Shown: positions 50,681 through 63,904 of the stretch, piece by piece
Layout: each line of letters opens with the position of its first letter
Numbering within the stretch: position 1 is the first letter of the stretch
NCBI RefSeq assembly: GCF_036321535.1
Contig: NC_087437.1
Span: forward strand, 100,566,001 to 100,630,000
DNA from: Camelus dromedarius
Lineage: Eukaryota
Length of the DNA: 64,000 nt
Direction: 5' to 3'
Made by a program: the position numbers and the translations under genes
The notes under the pieces: generated by a model
The model's database searches: none
Seen by the model: the letters and a program-made list of their open reading frames with translations, nothing else
What the model was told of the DNA's origin: nothing

Positions 50681-52649
50681 CCTATAGTTGATTTTATTTT
50701 TAATTATAGCCAAACCGTTATATTATATGTGTAAGTGTTTATAAGAATATAAATATAATATATAAAATATTGTAAAATAACATTTATTTAATGTAAAAAT
50801 AAAATACATAAAATAAAAAAAATCTATATACTCCCTTCCCTCTCCTCCCCTCTCCTCTCCTCTCACGTGTCTCTTTGTCTTTCTGCCTCTGTTTCTGTCT
50901 CTGTTCACACTTAGCTGTAATGCTTGGGAAAAGCACAGTGAGACTCTCTGTAAGTTTTATGTCTTAAAAGCTGAAGATATTTTCCTGCCAACTCTGCTAT
51001 ATAAATCTTTTATCCTTTTTTTCCTGTGTACAAACTGAGAAACTTTCCTTCAGCCAGTATGCTGGTGTGTAAGGATATTTAGTTATATCTTTACACACTA
51101 TACAGTAACATTTCCACTACAGTTTCAAATAGTTCAGGTGATTTTCAGTGCTGAATTTAAGCATGTTATAGTCTAGAAATATCAGTTGAATACATAATTG
51201 AGAATTAGTCCTAAGAAATTTTTAATTTGATATTCTTTAGGAAATCACATCCTTGAATAACACTAGGTAACAATCCCAGCTCTTGTGCAAGCGGGTCTCT
51301 TGCCTCTCCTGTCACCACCATCTTAATTATTTCTAACCATCCCTACCTTCTTGGGTCATTCCCTCAGGGTCTTTCTGGAGAGCACCCAATCAGCCAAGAC
51401 TGGGTTTCAATGCTTTTGGCCTGATTGCTGAAGCACTGGGTGAAGGAATCGGTTCCTTCAAGTTCTGAAGTGAGAATTGGGGCCCCAAATCTCATTCACA
51501 TTGCTGACCTCCAAATGAGGTTGAAGTGTCCAGTATATTTTGTGTTCAAGACCTTTTGTACCCTGGCTATGCCCACTGCTTCAACATGATCACCCGATTA
51601 TCTCCTCCTTGGCTTCTACTGAACTGAATGACTTGTTATTCTTTGTATGTGTTATGTGGCATCTGATTTGGTTACTCTTCCTCAAGCTAGAAAAAAAAAA
51701 TCCTTTTTGATAAGATCAAGTGCCAATTGTTGGTAAATTGAAGTGTAGAATGTAAAATATCGTCTAAAGCCTAGGAGGAAATGAGGCTACAAAAAGGAAA
51801 TTCTAGCAAGACAGAAAAAACTAAATAATAATGTTTCTTCTGGAATCTGCACCTCCCTTAGACACTTATTTTCTTCTAGCTTATGTTAAAGTTATCTACG
51901 TCCTTATGCTTTATCATTGTGGACCTAATGCAACCTGAGGGCAGGAACCAAGTGTGATTATCTTGGAATCCTCTGCAGGACCTGGTACAGTGGATTAGCA
52001 GGAAGATGCTGCTCAGTCTGGAGGAGGAGGCTGTGACCTAAACCAAGAAACACACTGAGCTAAGCAGCATGGTGTAAGGAAATAGAGGCGCAGTGGGGAA
52101 GTAGCTGGGAATCAGATTGACCCTCAGGGAGCAGGAGGAGAATCTCAGAGAGATTTGAACTGGGAATTGAAGGATATAAGTGTATTTTTGCAAAGCAAAC
52201 AATGCAGTGGAGGGCTGAATGTTCAGATTTTATCTTTAATGTGAAGAACGATTTTCTTAATAATAAAACTCTCCAACAAAGACTGAAATGCTTCACAAAG
52301 TCATGAACCTGGAGGTATTTAATCAATTGACTACTTTTGCAGACTTTCTGGAGGAAATTCACATACTCTTTGGATGAGACCTCTGAGGACCTGAAAACTC
52401 TGGATATATGATTCCTACCAAAACATCCTAGAGGAATCTAAAGATTAAAAAATGGTTTGAATAGAGAATTTTTATTAGCTAAATATATATTACTTTAAAA
52501 ATCAACTTTAAATAAAACCATTTCCTTGACTTGTAGGAAAACATGTTTTATTCTGAGAGTAAAACATGAAGAATTATTTTTATACCCAGAGCATTGAATA
52601 AATGAGACTAACAACATCAATTGTTGTAATGCAACTTCAATTTTGTTTC

Positions 52650-53340
52650 CCATCTTGCCTTCAAATCCATACTCTGGGACTAGTTACTCTGCTTTCCCTG
52701 GAGAAAAATCTCCAAATAATCTCATTTCAATCGTTGGTATGTCTAGATATGTGTAGTAATCAAAAAATGTGTTTCAAATCAAAGCTGCTTCCTTTTCCCA
52801 GGGAAGGTCTGCTGAAGTCCAGAACCTGCACAGGGGACAGGGAGTAGGGGTCGTGACCAGCTGCTGCTTCTCCCACCGTAGTCTCTTTCTCTCCCTCCTT
52901 TTCTTGCTGTCTCTGTTTCCAATTCCACCAGGATCATGCAGGCGAAGAGAGCAGGAAAGGTTTTACTTGATTAGTCCTGCTGTCAGCATTCTTTGGGCTG
53001 GGCAGATGGACAATGGTGGGTTGTGGGATCTTTGCAGACCTCCTCTCAGCCAGGGAGCTCTTCCCAGCAGTTTCTTGATGTAGATGGTCAGCCTCCAGCT
53101 GGTCATATCAGGAGACACATATCAACCTCTCCAAATGGACCTCTGCTGGAGGAGAGAAACATTTCCTCATCTCCTTCATAGTAAGTGAGAGAGAAGCAGC
53201 CACAGCACTCTAACACTTTTTTTCAAGAGAAAAACCTCTTTCAAATATCTACTTTCAACCTCTTAAAACACTTGAAGTGTGTGCAAAAATAAAAGTTGCA
53301 AAATTGGGTTTTGACCATCTCCTTTTCAAATATTGTTATA
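52650..53340 (-). mobile_element. Ancient LTR-like element (possibly MamGypLTR-type)
   Basis: ctccctccttttcttgctgtctc...gaaaggttttacttgattag resembles antisense MamGypLTR1; boundaries uncertain. Confidence 0.35.
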
Positions 53341-53386
53341 TTTTGGAGGTCTAGCCACTCCATTTGTAACATGATAATAATTGATA

Positions 53387-53455
53387 TATTTATTTATTTA
53401 TTCATTTATTTATTTATTTATTTATTAAAGTATAGTTGATTTACAGTATTGGATT
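53387..53455 (-). mobile_element. Tiny L1 3'-tip with (TTTA)n tail
   Basis: (TTTA)n followed by ttaaagtatagttgatttaca, the antisense L1 terminus. Confidence 0.75.
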
Positions 53456-55196
53456 AATTTATATTTTTGACTTAGGGCCTCAGTCATAACTGATATTGAG
53501 TCTTATTTTAACACCTTCTGTCTTAGGATTTTCCTAAACACACCAACAAGGTGAAACTTACTAGATATTTGCTGAATGTATAGAAGACTCTCACAGACTT
53601 GTCCCTTGGCCTGCAGGAAGTATATGACTGTAATAAAATTCTGATAGAGTGATAGTCTTAAGGTATTTTAGGATGGGATGTGCTTTCTGCTTGTCTTTTT
53701 TGGTTTCCTGAAGTCCTACATGAACTTTGGGAACTATATGTTACTTAACTGGGCTGGATATCTAATTAGCTACTTATTACTGCTCCCATTTGTGTCTCTT
53801 GTTCCAGGAATTCACTTTTTTTTTTTTAATCTGTATTTTTGCCATGGTATCATTCAAATAAGAAAAACACATTAGCTGTCTCTGTGAACGTTAAAAGCTT
53901 CCTTGGGGAATAAGAAAAAGGTTCACCTGATTTTCTGTAAAGTATTTCTCCTCATTCTATGGAGAAAGGGCTTCCTTGGCTTCCCCACACCAATGATAAA
54001 TTATTGAAGAGGTCTCCTGGGCAGGAGAGGGAAATATGGTTCTGCTGACAGCACTGTGACAAATATTCATATTAATTATAAAAAATAACAAGGGTGAAAG
54101 TTCAAAATCCAAACCTTGCTCTCAAAACAGCTTTTTTTTCTCCCCTGAGATAGAGTTCAGCTTTCAAAATTGAACTTCCTGAAAAATAGAGTGTAACTTG
54201 ATCCTAAAGATTAGTTTAGCATACTCTATTTTTTTTACTTTGGTTTTTAAAGAGGAAACATCCAAATGAGCTAAAAAAAAAAAATGATAATAATAATCCA
54301 ATCTGTGGTAGAGTCAGAGTCCAAGATTAGGCCAGGGAGGAAATGAGAGGCTATTTGGAAGCACTGGGCCCAGGCCACCACCTAACATGGAAAGTAGGGG
54401 CAGAAGTTCAGGCCTTGTGACCAGAGACCACAGAACACATGCAGAGTAAGGTAGTGCGGGGTGAAAATAAACAGCCAAATGATTGACTATAGTGGAACTG
54501 AAAACCAGAGGGCATTTTCAGTCCATGGAGGCAGAGTGTCTGAGAACAAGGGCCACCACCCACTTCAGGGAATTTTGATAACAGTTTGATAATGTGCCAG
54601 GATTCAGTTTTATTGGCCTTGCTGCCTACACGGGGAACTTTCCAGGGGGTGTGTTTAAAGAGCCCATGAGGATGAGTCTCTAGGCAAACGGTCCATAAGG
54701 ATGTCTTTCTTTTTGTTATAAATACAGTGTAATGACATGCCTCACTTACCGGTTAAAGCTGTAATGGCTTATTCAGATCCATCATGCTAAGGATTACTCA
54801 GGGGCTGTTGAACAGACACTTGTTTCTGCTGCCAGCAGATATATTTAGTCCTCCTGTTGCACTGTGTTACACTGTGATATGCTGGTTCTTCATGAGTTGT
54901 TAAAAAGGCATAGGTACAGGAGGGGGAAAATTTGTGCCATGAAATTGGCCTCATCTTCCTGCTGATTATTTCCTTCAACCCTTTTATCATTTCTTTGCAA
55001 CAGGAAAGCAAAAGCAAAAGCAAATTTAATAATTATAAAGTAGGTGACTTTTATAGAAAATATCTGGATATAGTCTTTTTTCCATGATTCTACCCACTTA
55101 TTTTCTAGAACTGTCAAGTTGTATGAATTAAATGATTAAAACTTAATACTGACCCTAGCTCTTTAGTCTTCCTTAAAGATTATTTTTCCATGCTGC

Positions 55197-55696
55197 TGTT
55201 ACCCCAAAAGGTAAAGACCCCATATCTGAAAGATGAGTTTACAGTCGGGAGATGTTGTGCTGGGTAGTGAAAGATTTTAAAAGATTCATTTTAAAAAAAG
55301 GAAAAGTACACCCCAAGAATGGGAGGCAGGCTGATCAAGGGAGGAAAAGCAGTGGTTTTTGTCTCCCTTTTCTCTTACACACTTGCTTAGAGGTGGTTTT
55401 TTGATTGATTGACAGCTCTTGTTCCTGGAATGCTTAGTCATGTTTGGCCCCTTTTGCACATGTGCACACAGAAAAACTCATATGAGGGGGTGGGGCCCTA
55501 AACTGCAATGTTAATTATAATACAATGAACCTTGGGTCGTGTCCAGTTGAGTCCTTTCTGCTACTGCACAGTTGTGGCTGTCGGGTTCTAACTGGTTTCT
55601 TGCTGGCACTCATTTAGAAGAAGTTCCTTTATGCTGGAAGCAGGCATAACATCATCTTCTGGACCCATTCTCCCCCTCCTCCACCTATCTGCCTGG
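55197..55696 (-). mobile_element. ERV1-type LTR
   Basis: tgtta start, aaagtacac, aaactgcaatgttaattataat, cctatctgcct end, typical of antisense class I LTRs; no clean TSD. Confidence 0.6.
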
Positions 55697-56226
55697 TGCC
55701 CCCACTTATTTAACCACCTAAAATTACTGCTAAAGCGAGTGTAGAAATGACGCCTAACAGATAAAATCCCAGTATTAAGATGTCGAGAAGAGTTTAGTTC
55801 TAATTCCTTCAGTTTCTTTTTAACTTTGTTATAATTTTTGTATTTCATACTTCTTTCTTTAATTTTTAAAATTTTCACCTTCAGTTTTAAAGCCTTTACT
55901 TTACATGTTGGCTTTGAATAGTAAGATGGTTGCTCTGAGACATGTGAGGCGTATGAAGTTCTGACCCTGAAGCAGGACACCTGCAAGTGGCCCAGCACTG
56001 GGTTCTCCACGAACTTCACGTGGGTACTTTAGCCCCCGAGAAAGGGGACCTCTGCCTTAGCCCTGGCTCCAACACTCAGACCCCAGTGGGCCCCATAACC
56101 CCGTGGGGTGGAAGACATCCTCTCTTCCACTTTAAGCTGTCTATAGGGATCACAGAAATGTATGTTGATGAACAGAGAGGCCTTCTGGGGATCAAAGACA
56201 CCACTGTCACTAGGATGAATACACTC

Positions 56227-56556
56227 TGTCTTAATCTGAGCTGCTATTAACCAAGTACTACAGACTTGATGGCTTATAAACAAGAGAATTTTATGTCTCA
56301 CTGTTCTGGAGGCAGGAAGTTCCAGATCATGGTACCAGCATACTTAGGTTCTGGTGAGGCCCTTTTCCAAGTTGCAGACAGCCATCTCCACGTTGTAGTT
56401 GCACATGGCAGAAAGAAGGCAAGAGAGAGAACTCCCTGGAATCTCTTTTATAAGGGCACTAATCCCTTATGCCCCAGTGACCTCCTAACATCTCATCTTA
56501 CTGGGGGCTAAGATTTCAACATATGAATTTGGGGAGGGTATAATCTGTACACTGCA
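56227..56556 (-). mobile_element. MaLR LTR (MLT1A-like)
   Basis: ggcttataaacaa...tgttctggaggcaggaagt...tcttttataagggcactaatccc...tttcaacatatgaattt; 5-bp TSD cactc (56222-56226) / aactc (56557-56561). Confidence 0.9.
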
Positions 56557-56908
56557 AACTCTTTGGTTGAGGACAGTGCTGTTAAAATCAAGACCCCTGG
56601 GTGTTTACCTTCTCTAGCTTCCTCTAGCTTCTGATGCATTTTTCTTTTCTGCCTTAATGTTGGCAGGAGATTGCTGTTCAATGCATACCAAACTTTCTTC
56701 AAATGGCAGATAACATGCAATGACCAATCTCACAGTAAAGATCATTTTCACTTAAAAGATTTTGTTACTGTCTACACCGGCAGATCATAAAGGCTTCAGA
56801 AAAATAATACATCAACATTCTAAAGTGCATATTAAAAATGAAAGCCAATATTGATTGATTGCTTTCTAAGCAATAAGCAGACTATTAGGCACTTTACACA
56901 TGTCATTT

Positions 56909-56969
56909 CATTTAATAATACATGTTTATTTAATAATACATATTTGTTTAATAATACGTGTTCATTTAA
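56909..56969. repeat. 18-bp minisatellite, ~3.4 copies
   Basis: catttaataatacatgtt / tatttaataatacatatt / tgtttaataatacgtgtt / catttaa. Confidence 0.9.
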
Positions 56970-57934
56970 CAGTTTATTGAAGGGATGGATGGCAATTATT
57001 CTATATATAACTCAGAATGTATATGCAAAATTTCTTCAACTCTTCCTGATGGAGGAGTACCTAGCTTATCAGCTAAAAGAAATGTTTCATCTGTTTGCCT
57101 TTTTCTTAGAAAAATAATTACTAAATTAAAATTTTGATAAGTAAACCTAAGCAAAGCATTATCAGCCTGAGAAAAGGCAAGTTAGTAAAAGTTCTATCCT
57201 CATATATTTTTTCTAGCTTGAGGGGACATCTTTGATCATATATTTTAAATTACTTACTGTGTTTAATGGATACTGGAATAGACAACATGCTCTTGTAATC
57301 AAGAATAATATGTAAATTGGTTTTTAGAAGAAAGAAGGTTTTAGCTTTTACTCTCTGAGTAGTGTCAGAGGTCTAAATCAATATGTATTAGCATACTCTA
57401 CTTCTACTGCATTAAATCTTCCTCAAGGATTTAGGAAAAAAGAATCAGTTACAGCAGAAATACTCTTGGGAGGATTAAAATAGAATGATGTTGGTATTAT
57501 GTTTGTTGGTCTATCTGAAATAGATAACCATGGCTTTTAGGAAATAAAGCATACAGTCATTTGAATTACATGGAAAAGCATCAGGTCAAATGAGGACAAT
57601 TAAATTTTTACAGCTTATAAATTTATTTGTTTGTTTATTTAAAACCAATTTACTCACACATATGGAAGCAGTCATCAGCCCCAGATTCATTTTTTACTCT
57701 TTTTCAAAAAATCACACAAACTATCACACTATATAGATATGAATTCTCAGGTTTATTACTCAATTCTGATGGCATGTATTTTTAATATGTGAAACAGGTA
57801 TCATCTTTTTTTTTGCCGCATTGTTTGCGAAGATTAAATGAAATAATGAATTGTCAAAAATGTATTAGAGGTCCTAAGCATTGTAGCTAATGTTACTTTT
57901 ATTTGTGTGAAGATATCCTGCCATCACTACTGGC

Positions 57935-58130
57935 AATGACGTAATAAAACTAGCAACCTTCGGTTGTGGTAAGACTTACTAGATCAGACACTGGGCTGAC
58001 TTTTGCTTTACTTCAGTCCATTTCATTTGAGTAGGTCATGTTATTCCCATTTTACAGATAGAGGAAGCAAATAACTTATTGATCAGTTGAACAATGGCAG
58101 AGTACGGATTCAAATACAGGTGCAAGTGCC
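57935..58130 (-). mobile_element. MIR SINE
   Basis: ttattcccattttacagatagaggaa...ggcagagtacggattcaaatacagg. Confidence 0.75.
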
Positions 58131-58164
58131 AGCCGTTAAAAAAGGAATCGGCTAGGATAGGTGC

Positions 58165-58420
58165 ATAGCAGAGGGTTTATGAGTCTGGACACTGGCGCCA
58201 GATCAGCTAGGTTTTAATTCTGCCATTTCCTTTCAGCATGACTTGGGCAAGTTGTATATTCACTCTCCTTGCCCCAGTTTCTTTATGGGTAAAATAGAAA
58301 TAGTAATAATATTACCTAACTCATGGGGGTCATTATGATTATTAAAGGAGGCAATGTTTACGAGGCGCTTTAGAACTGCGCCTAGCACATAGTAAGTGCT
58401 GTAAAAGTGTTTGCTTAATA
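58165..58420 (+). mobile_element. MIR SINE
   Basis: gacttgggcaagtt...ccccagtttctttatgggtaaaat...gcgctttagaactgcgcctagcacatagtaagtgct. Confidence 0.88.
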
Positions 58421-60625
58421 AAATAAAGAGGCTCCGAATTTCACTCTGTACTGGCAAGGACTATTTAAAAGGCAAATTTAAATAGCCTTCTTAAGGGATT
58501 TCTGTGAGTTGGTTATAACCCACAGGTCTAAAAATGTTCGAGTTAAAGTTATCTGGAGACAACATGAGATTCAGGAGAGAGCAAATGACCAGACAGTCCT
58601 CCAGATCCTAAACCTCTTTATGTGAATGTGTCATCTTTCTGAGGCGCCTTGAATAGCTTGACTGTCACTGGCCCCAGTTTGGAGAGCTGGACCCTTTTAG
58701 GAGCTGGCGGGATCCACATCCACCCTAGGAAGCATGGAGCTGCCCTTCACCCATGCCTCGGCACCCCCCGATAGGCACGGGCACAGGACTTCTCACAGGT
58801 TGCTGCCACTTCTATTGCTCGTGCTAGACCCCTCCCCCTACTCAGAAGCACTGAAGGGCCAACAGATCAGAAGGAGCTCAGTTACATCTGTACTGATACT
58901 TAGATTCTATACAGTCACTCAGTGCCAAAAATGGTGAAATTAATTTTCTTGTGCAAAATGTTCTTTCCATTCTGATCTTAGAATCAGAGCTAGTGGTGTT
59001 TCCGGCTAAAGTGATAAGATTAGCCCTAGGCCATCTCGCCAAGGGTTATCTTTCTACTGAGAAATATTTCCTAGAATGGTTTCATATACATCCATGGTAA
59101 CTCTTCTCTTAAAGCTTGACTACCGGGAAACTGGTGGCAGAATTATAATGTTGCCCTCGTCCACTCTGCCATCCTGATGCAATTCGGCTGCAGAGTGAAG
59201 CACTTAAGTAGCTTAGTGCCTTCCCTCTGACACTTCAAAAGTGGCCATCAATGAACAACTGTTGGCTTAATGTTACAGATGCAACAGTGGGCCTCTCAAT
59301 GAATGACAAAAAGCTTTTTCCTCCCTAATTTGGGGTTCAGCGGCACCATTAAACATAAATATTTTGTGTTTATGTCTTGGGATTGAAAAATCAAAATATT
59401 CAAGAAATTTCTATAGCAAATGTTGTACACATATAGATTTTCAAAGAATGTTGAGTTGAGTCGGGGAAAGAAACTAATTCAAGAAAAAAAAAAACGGAAG
59501 TGTGATGTAGTGGTCCGAAGGGTCCGGTTAAGCAGTCATAGTCAGGTTTCATAGAATCGAGAAACATACTAATCTAGAGGGGGGCTGAGGCCTCATTGTG
59601 GCCTTTTGGAGTAGTCATTTTCTAAGAGCTGACAATAGAAATATGTTATTTGTTATGGAAAATATGTATATTTACCAATGAAATGTTTCCTGCATTTATA
59701 CAACACATAATTACTGTATACTTCATTATGAGCCAGATCCTCACCAAGCTGGTAGCCTAGTATTTGTACTGATTTTCATAAACACTGGGTTCAAATCAGC
59801 AGGAACAACTTCAGATTTAATTAGGTGCTTGCATCGTGATTAATGTTTCAGAAATATAGACGTGAGAAAATATTGGTACCTATTGATTGCATACACTGAG
59901 TTACCTAAGGCATTCCACAGCTCCTAAGAGAACCCAGGAAACTCCTTAAATTGAGCCTGCTATTTGTTCTCCACAGACAAGATACAGCAAATAAATGAAC
60001 GATGTAGCAGAGGTTATACTGGTGAAGAAACTTACTTGAAGGTTTTTCAGTTTATACTAAAGATATGGTGGCATCAAACATAGAAGTTAACTAGAGATTT
60101 TAGATGTGCAGAATTTCTACAGTTTCCACACAGGAATTGTATCACTAAGTATATTCTGGATCAATATTGGTTCAAGCAAAATTCTAATACGGAGTTTGGA
60201 ACAGTTGAAAACTGATCAGTAAGAAAATAGTGGGATAGTTTCTTGAATATTAAAAGTCAAATCCACGCACAAATCTATTATTACACTGTGTAGTTTTAAG
60301 TGCATTTGTTTTGAAGAAAATGAAGAAAAGAGTCACAGGGAGTTATTGTTCCTGTGAAAAATGCTTTGCTAGAGGTATTACAACACGTTAAGTTGGGAAA
60401 CATTTACTATTTACATCTTATAATTTCCCCTGTGTAAATTGTTCCAATTTTTATAATGATAGGGATGGCTAGATCATATTTTATTTTATGTTACTCTGTT
60501 GGCATATTGGTTCCAGATAAATGACTCAAAATTAGCCTAGTCTGGTTACTCTTTGAAAAGGTTCATTAAAATAGATGAAATGTCCCAGAAACACACTCTG
60601 ATTACTGATGTTTTTGAAATAAACC

Positions 60626-60695
60626 CACTTTAAAACAATATTGGGTTTCAGACATATTCACTTTGAGACAATATTGGGTTTCAGACATACTCACT
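60626..60695. repeat. 33-bp tandem duplication
   Basis: cactttaaaacaatattgggtttcagacatatt / cactttgagacaatattgggtttcagacatact, three mismatches. Confidence 0.92.
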
Positions 60696-63639
60696 GCACA
60701 GAATTCTGTGATGAGTAAAAAAGAAAAATATTAGAAAACTATTTGGTACATTGATTTTCTGATTTTTGCTTTTCTGAAGCATTGCCTTCTCATATTTTTT
60801 CCATCATAGACAATTGAGTCCAAACTCTGTTCATGATTTTCTTCATGAATACAGTTACATTCAGTTGAATAGTTTAGGTCTAGTGGTCATAAATATGTTC
60901 ATGTATTTTTAAACTGTATAGCTAAAAATGTAGGGATTGTAATATATGTATGATGCTTTTTCCTCTAGTCTTTTTCATGTTTAACTTGTGCTCAACAGAT
61001 ATTATTTAATTTTTAAAAGAAACCACAATTAAAATAAAACAAGGAAGTATACTTTTTTCCTTGAAAGTACAAACCAAGGGGTTGAGGAAGGATTACTAGA
61101 TGCCTAGTGATCACATTATTATTATTTGGACTCTAAAACATAGATTATACAAATCACATTTAGAAAATGCTAGATATAATTCAGTTATGTAATAAAGTAT
61201 AAAATGACAAGAATGTAAAAAATAATATACATCTTCAAGACTCCAAATTTACTCTTAATGCTGTACAACCTAATTGAAATTCACAATACATTGGAATTGT
61301 TGGCTGGCTTACCTTTCAAAGACACACTATTTGAGTCACAGTCAGTTAGGCAGAAGGAATGGACACAGAACAGGTAAGTCCAGCCAGACACACAGACATG
61401 ATCTACATTGTTTTGAAATCACTGCCATGTTCAAATCCTCATATGGACAACTTGGACTGTCTGTAGTTAGAACTGTTAAAAAGAAAAGTGATTTAACTCA
61501 GAGAATTCACCTGGTGGGTCAAATATTCCCACAAGTAACAGGAGAAGTTTCTCATCTGGTGAAGATCTATTGCCGGAACTCTTGACAAATTATCACTGCA
61601 ACTAATTTGCTTCTTTATCCGTGTCCCATATTTAAACTCTTCATCATAGTCCCACTGAATCCTTCTCAAAATCCCAGCCTTCTACATCTTCTTTTTAAAA
61701 TCTGTTTTTGTTTAATCAGGAGTCCACTTTTCCACAAATATAGTTTGTTTGTGCTGTCTCTTTGACTCACAGGTAAGGTTTTTTAATAATATGAATCATT
61801 TGTGGGTTATAACTGGAAAAAAATGAAACATTCGAATACCAACTATTGAGGGAGACAGAAACAAAACACTTAAAAACCAACTTGTCTTTAAAGGGAAGCC
61901 TTAACAGTTTTGAGATTTTCAAGGGCTTCCACTTAAGTTTTTTTAGCACCATCATTATGAAAAATCCATCAAATTTTGACAGTTCTGTTTATTTAAGCAA
62001 GATGAAATGAAAAACAGAACAATTTAGTTTAGCCGTCAGGAAGCAAGATTCTTCTTTGGCAGTACACGTATTAGCAAGGACCACTTTCTAGTGTTGTTAG
62101 AAGCCATATTGACTTCTGAACGTTTATTTGAATGTTTCAACCAGAGTGCTTTTTGAAGTTAGTAGGATTTTTAGTATGGCAAAATATTTAACGGCAATTT
62201 TCCAGATTAATTATGTATGTTGTGTGTAATGCTACCATTTCCATATTTACTCTCTACTGGGATGAGAGTGTGATAGTAAGGATAAGTAGATAGAGAGAAA
62301 CATGATATTATCAATTTTTGTCCAGATATTTAATGATCGTGTTCGATATTTACTTGGTGGTAAACAGAATTTTTGGCTGATAATTTGAGAAAAAATGTAA
62401 AATAACACTCTACATTCCCCTGTTGTTTCTCTTAGGAATAAGTACAGTAAACAGTTGATTGTAATCAGTACAATAGTCCGAGTAGACATCAAGGCAAGAA
62501 AAGAAAGCATAAACGAGTATTTTAAGGCAAAATTGGGAGCTTGGGTTTTGAAGATTCAGGTGATGGAAAAGGGTATTTTCATTGTTTTGGAGGGAAGAAT
62601 ATAAAAATATAACTTGGCATAACTGTTATTTTCTCTTTCTTAAAATTTCCCTCCCCCACTAATAAAGAGAGAAAGATTTGTCTGCAAAAACTAAAGTCCA
62701 CTACAGCTCTTTCTGAAAGGCAGTATTTTTATTTTTAAAGGATCCTGCTCTTTTCATTCTCTCAAGCTGCAGTTTAGTCCTTAGCTTTACAGTTTTTTGC
62801 TGTGATTAAATCATCTACTCTTTCAGTATTTATCAAAAAGTTTTAAAGCTAGGGTAATAGGAAGATGTTATTTTCCTTCTTTCTCTTAAACTGTTGATGG
62901 TAGCAAAAGACAGTGACGTTTCAATAAAGCAGGTTTGCTGCGGGAGATTCTGTGGGTTTCATAGACGTGGTGCCCTGCAGGCTACTGATCTACTCCGCAT
63001 GGTGGGCCACAGGGCTGCACGGGGCACTCCTGTTTCTTTTACAGAGAAGACTGCAGATGGGCTCAGTCCACTCAGCAAACACTGAGTGCCTGCTATGAGA
63101 GGGACATTATTGTAGGTGTATCCATGATATTCTAAATAAATGGAAGGAAAGTGATGTCTGACAAGATGCAATCTGACAAGTACATTTAATTCTCTATTTG
63201 AAGTTTATCCGTGTTGCATCTCCTCTGTTTTGACATGGTGGAGACTTACAGGATATTGATAGGATCAAGAAGGATTGGTGGTTGGGCATTAGGATGCTGG
63301 TGGTGTGAGTGTTTGAGCATTCGGCCGGTGGCATTATCATCTCCCAGACACCTAAACTGAATGACATTGTGACTTCTGCTCCTTTGCTCTCATTTGTCAT
63401 CATAAACATTTTTCCTTTAATAAATACATCATTCCCCTCTGTCTTTTAATTTCTACTGACACTGTTCATGTCAGGCCCTTCCTTCACCCTTAGATTACTG
63501 CAGTAGCCCCTGACTTGCTCACTGTCCAAATAATAGCCTAGATTAATCTTTATAATGCATTCCTACGAGTCTGTCTCTTGTCTGCTGAAAAATGTAAAAG
63601 GATAGCTTTTCAAATAATCTTAAAGCACTCTGTGTCACC

Positions 63640-63830
63640 TTTATTAATGAACATGAGCTTATAGAATAACTTAACTATCATACTCTAATTGAGCAGGTAA
63701 TTGTGCATTTGAGGAAATTGAGCCCTAAGAAGCTTAACTGACTGGTCCAAGTTTACTAGTTATTAGGGAGAAGTGTTGGAAATAAAACAGATCTCTTAAT
63801 TTTCAGGTCTGTGTACTCCATCTTGTCACA
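63640..63830 (-). mobile_element. MIR SINE
   Basis: tgaggaaattgagccctaagaagcttaactgactggtccaagtttac. Confidence 0.6.
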
Positions 63831-63904
63831 TAATGTCTTGCATTCAATTTATTTTTTTCTCCTACTATGAGAACCTCTGAAGGTTAGTCACTATGGGAAA
63901 ACAC

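Noticed and set aside
55588..56019. 143-aa Lys-rich minus-strand ORF
   Set aside because: Low-complexity A-rich translation running into an LTR; no domain recognised
59495..59560. tRNA-like gtgtgatgtagtggtccg start
   Set aside because: No cloverleaf or B-box follows; more likely a decayed MIR head
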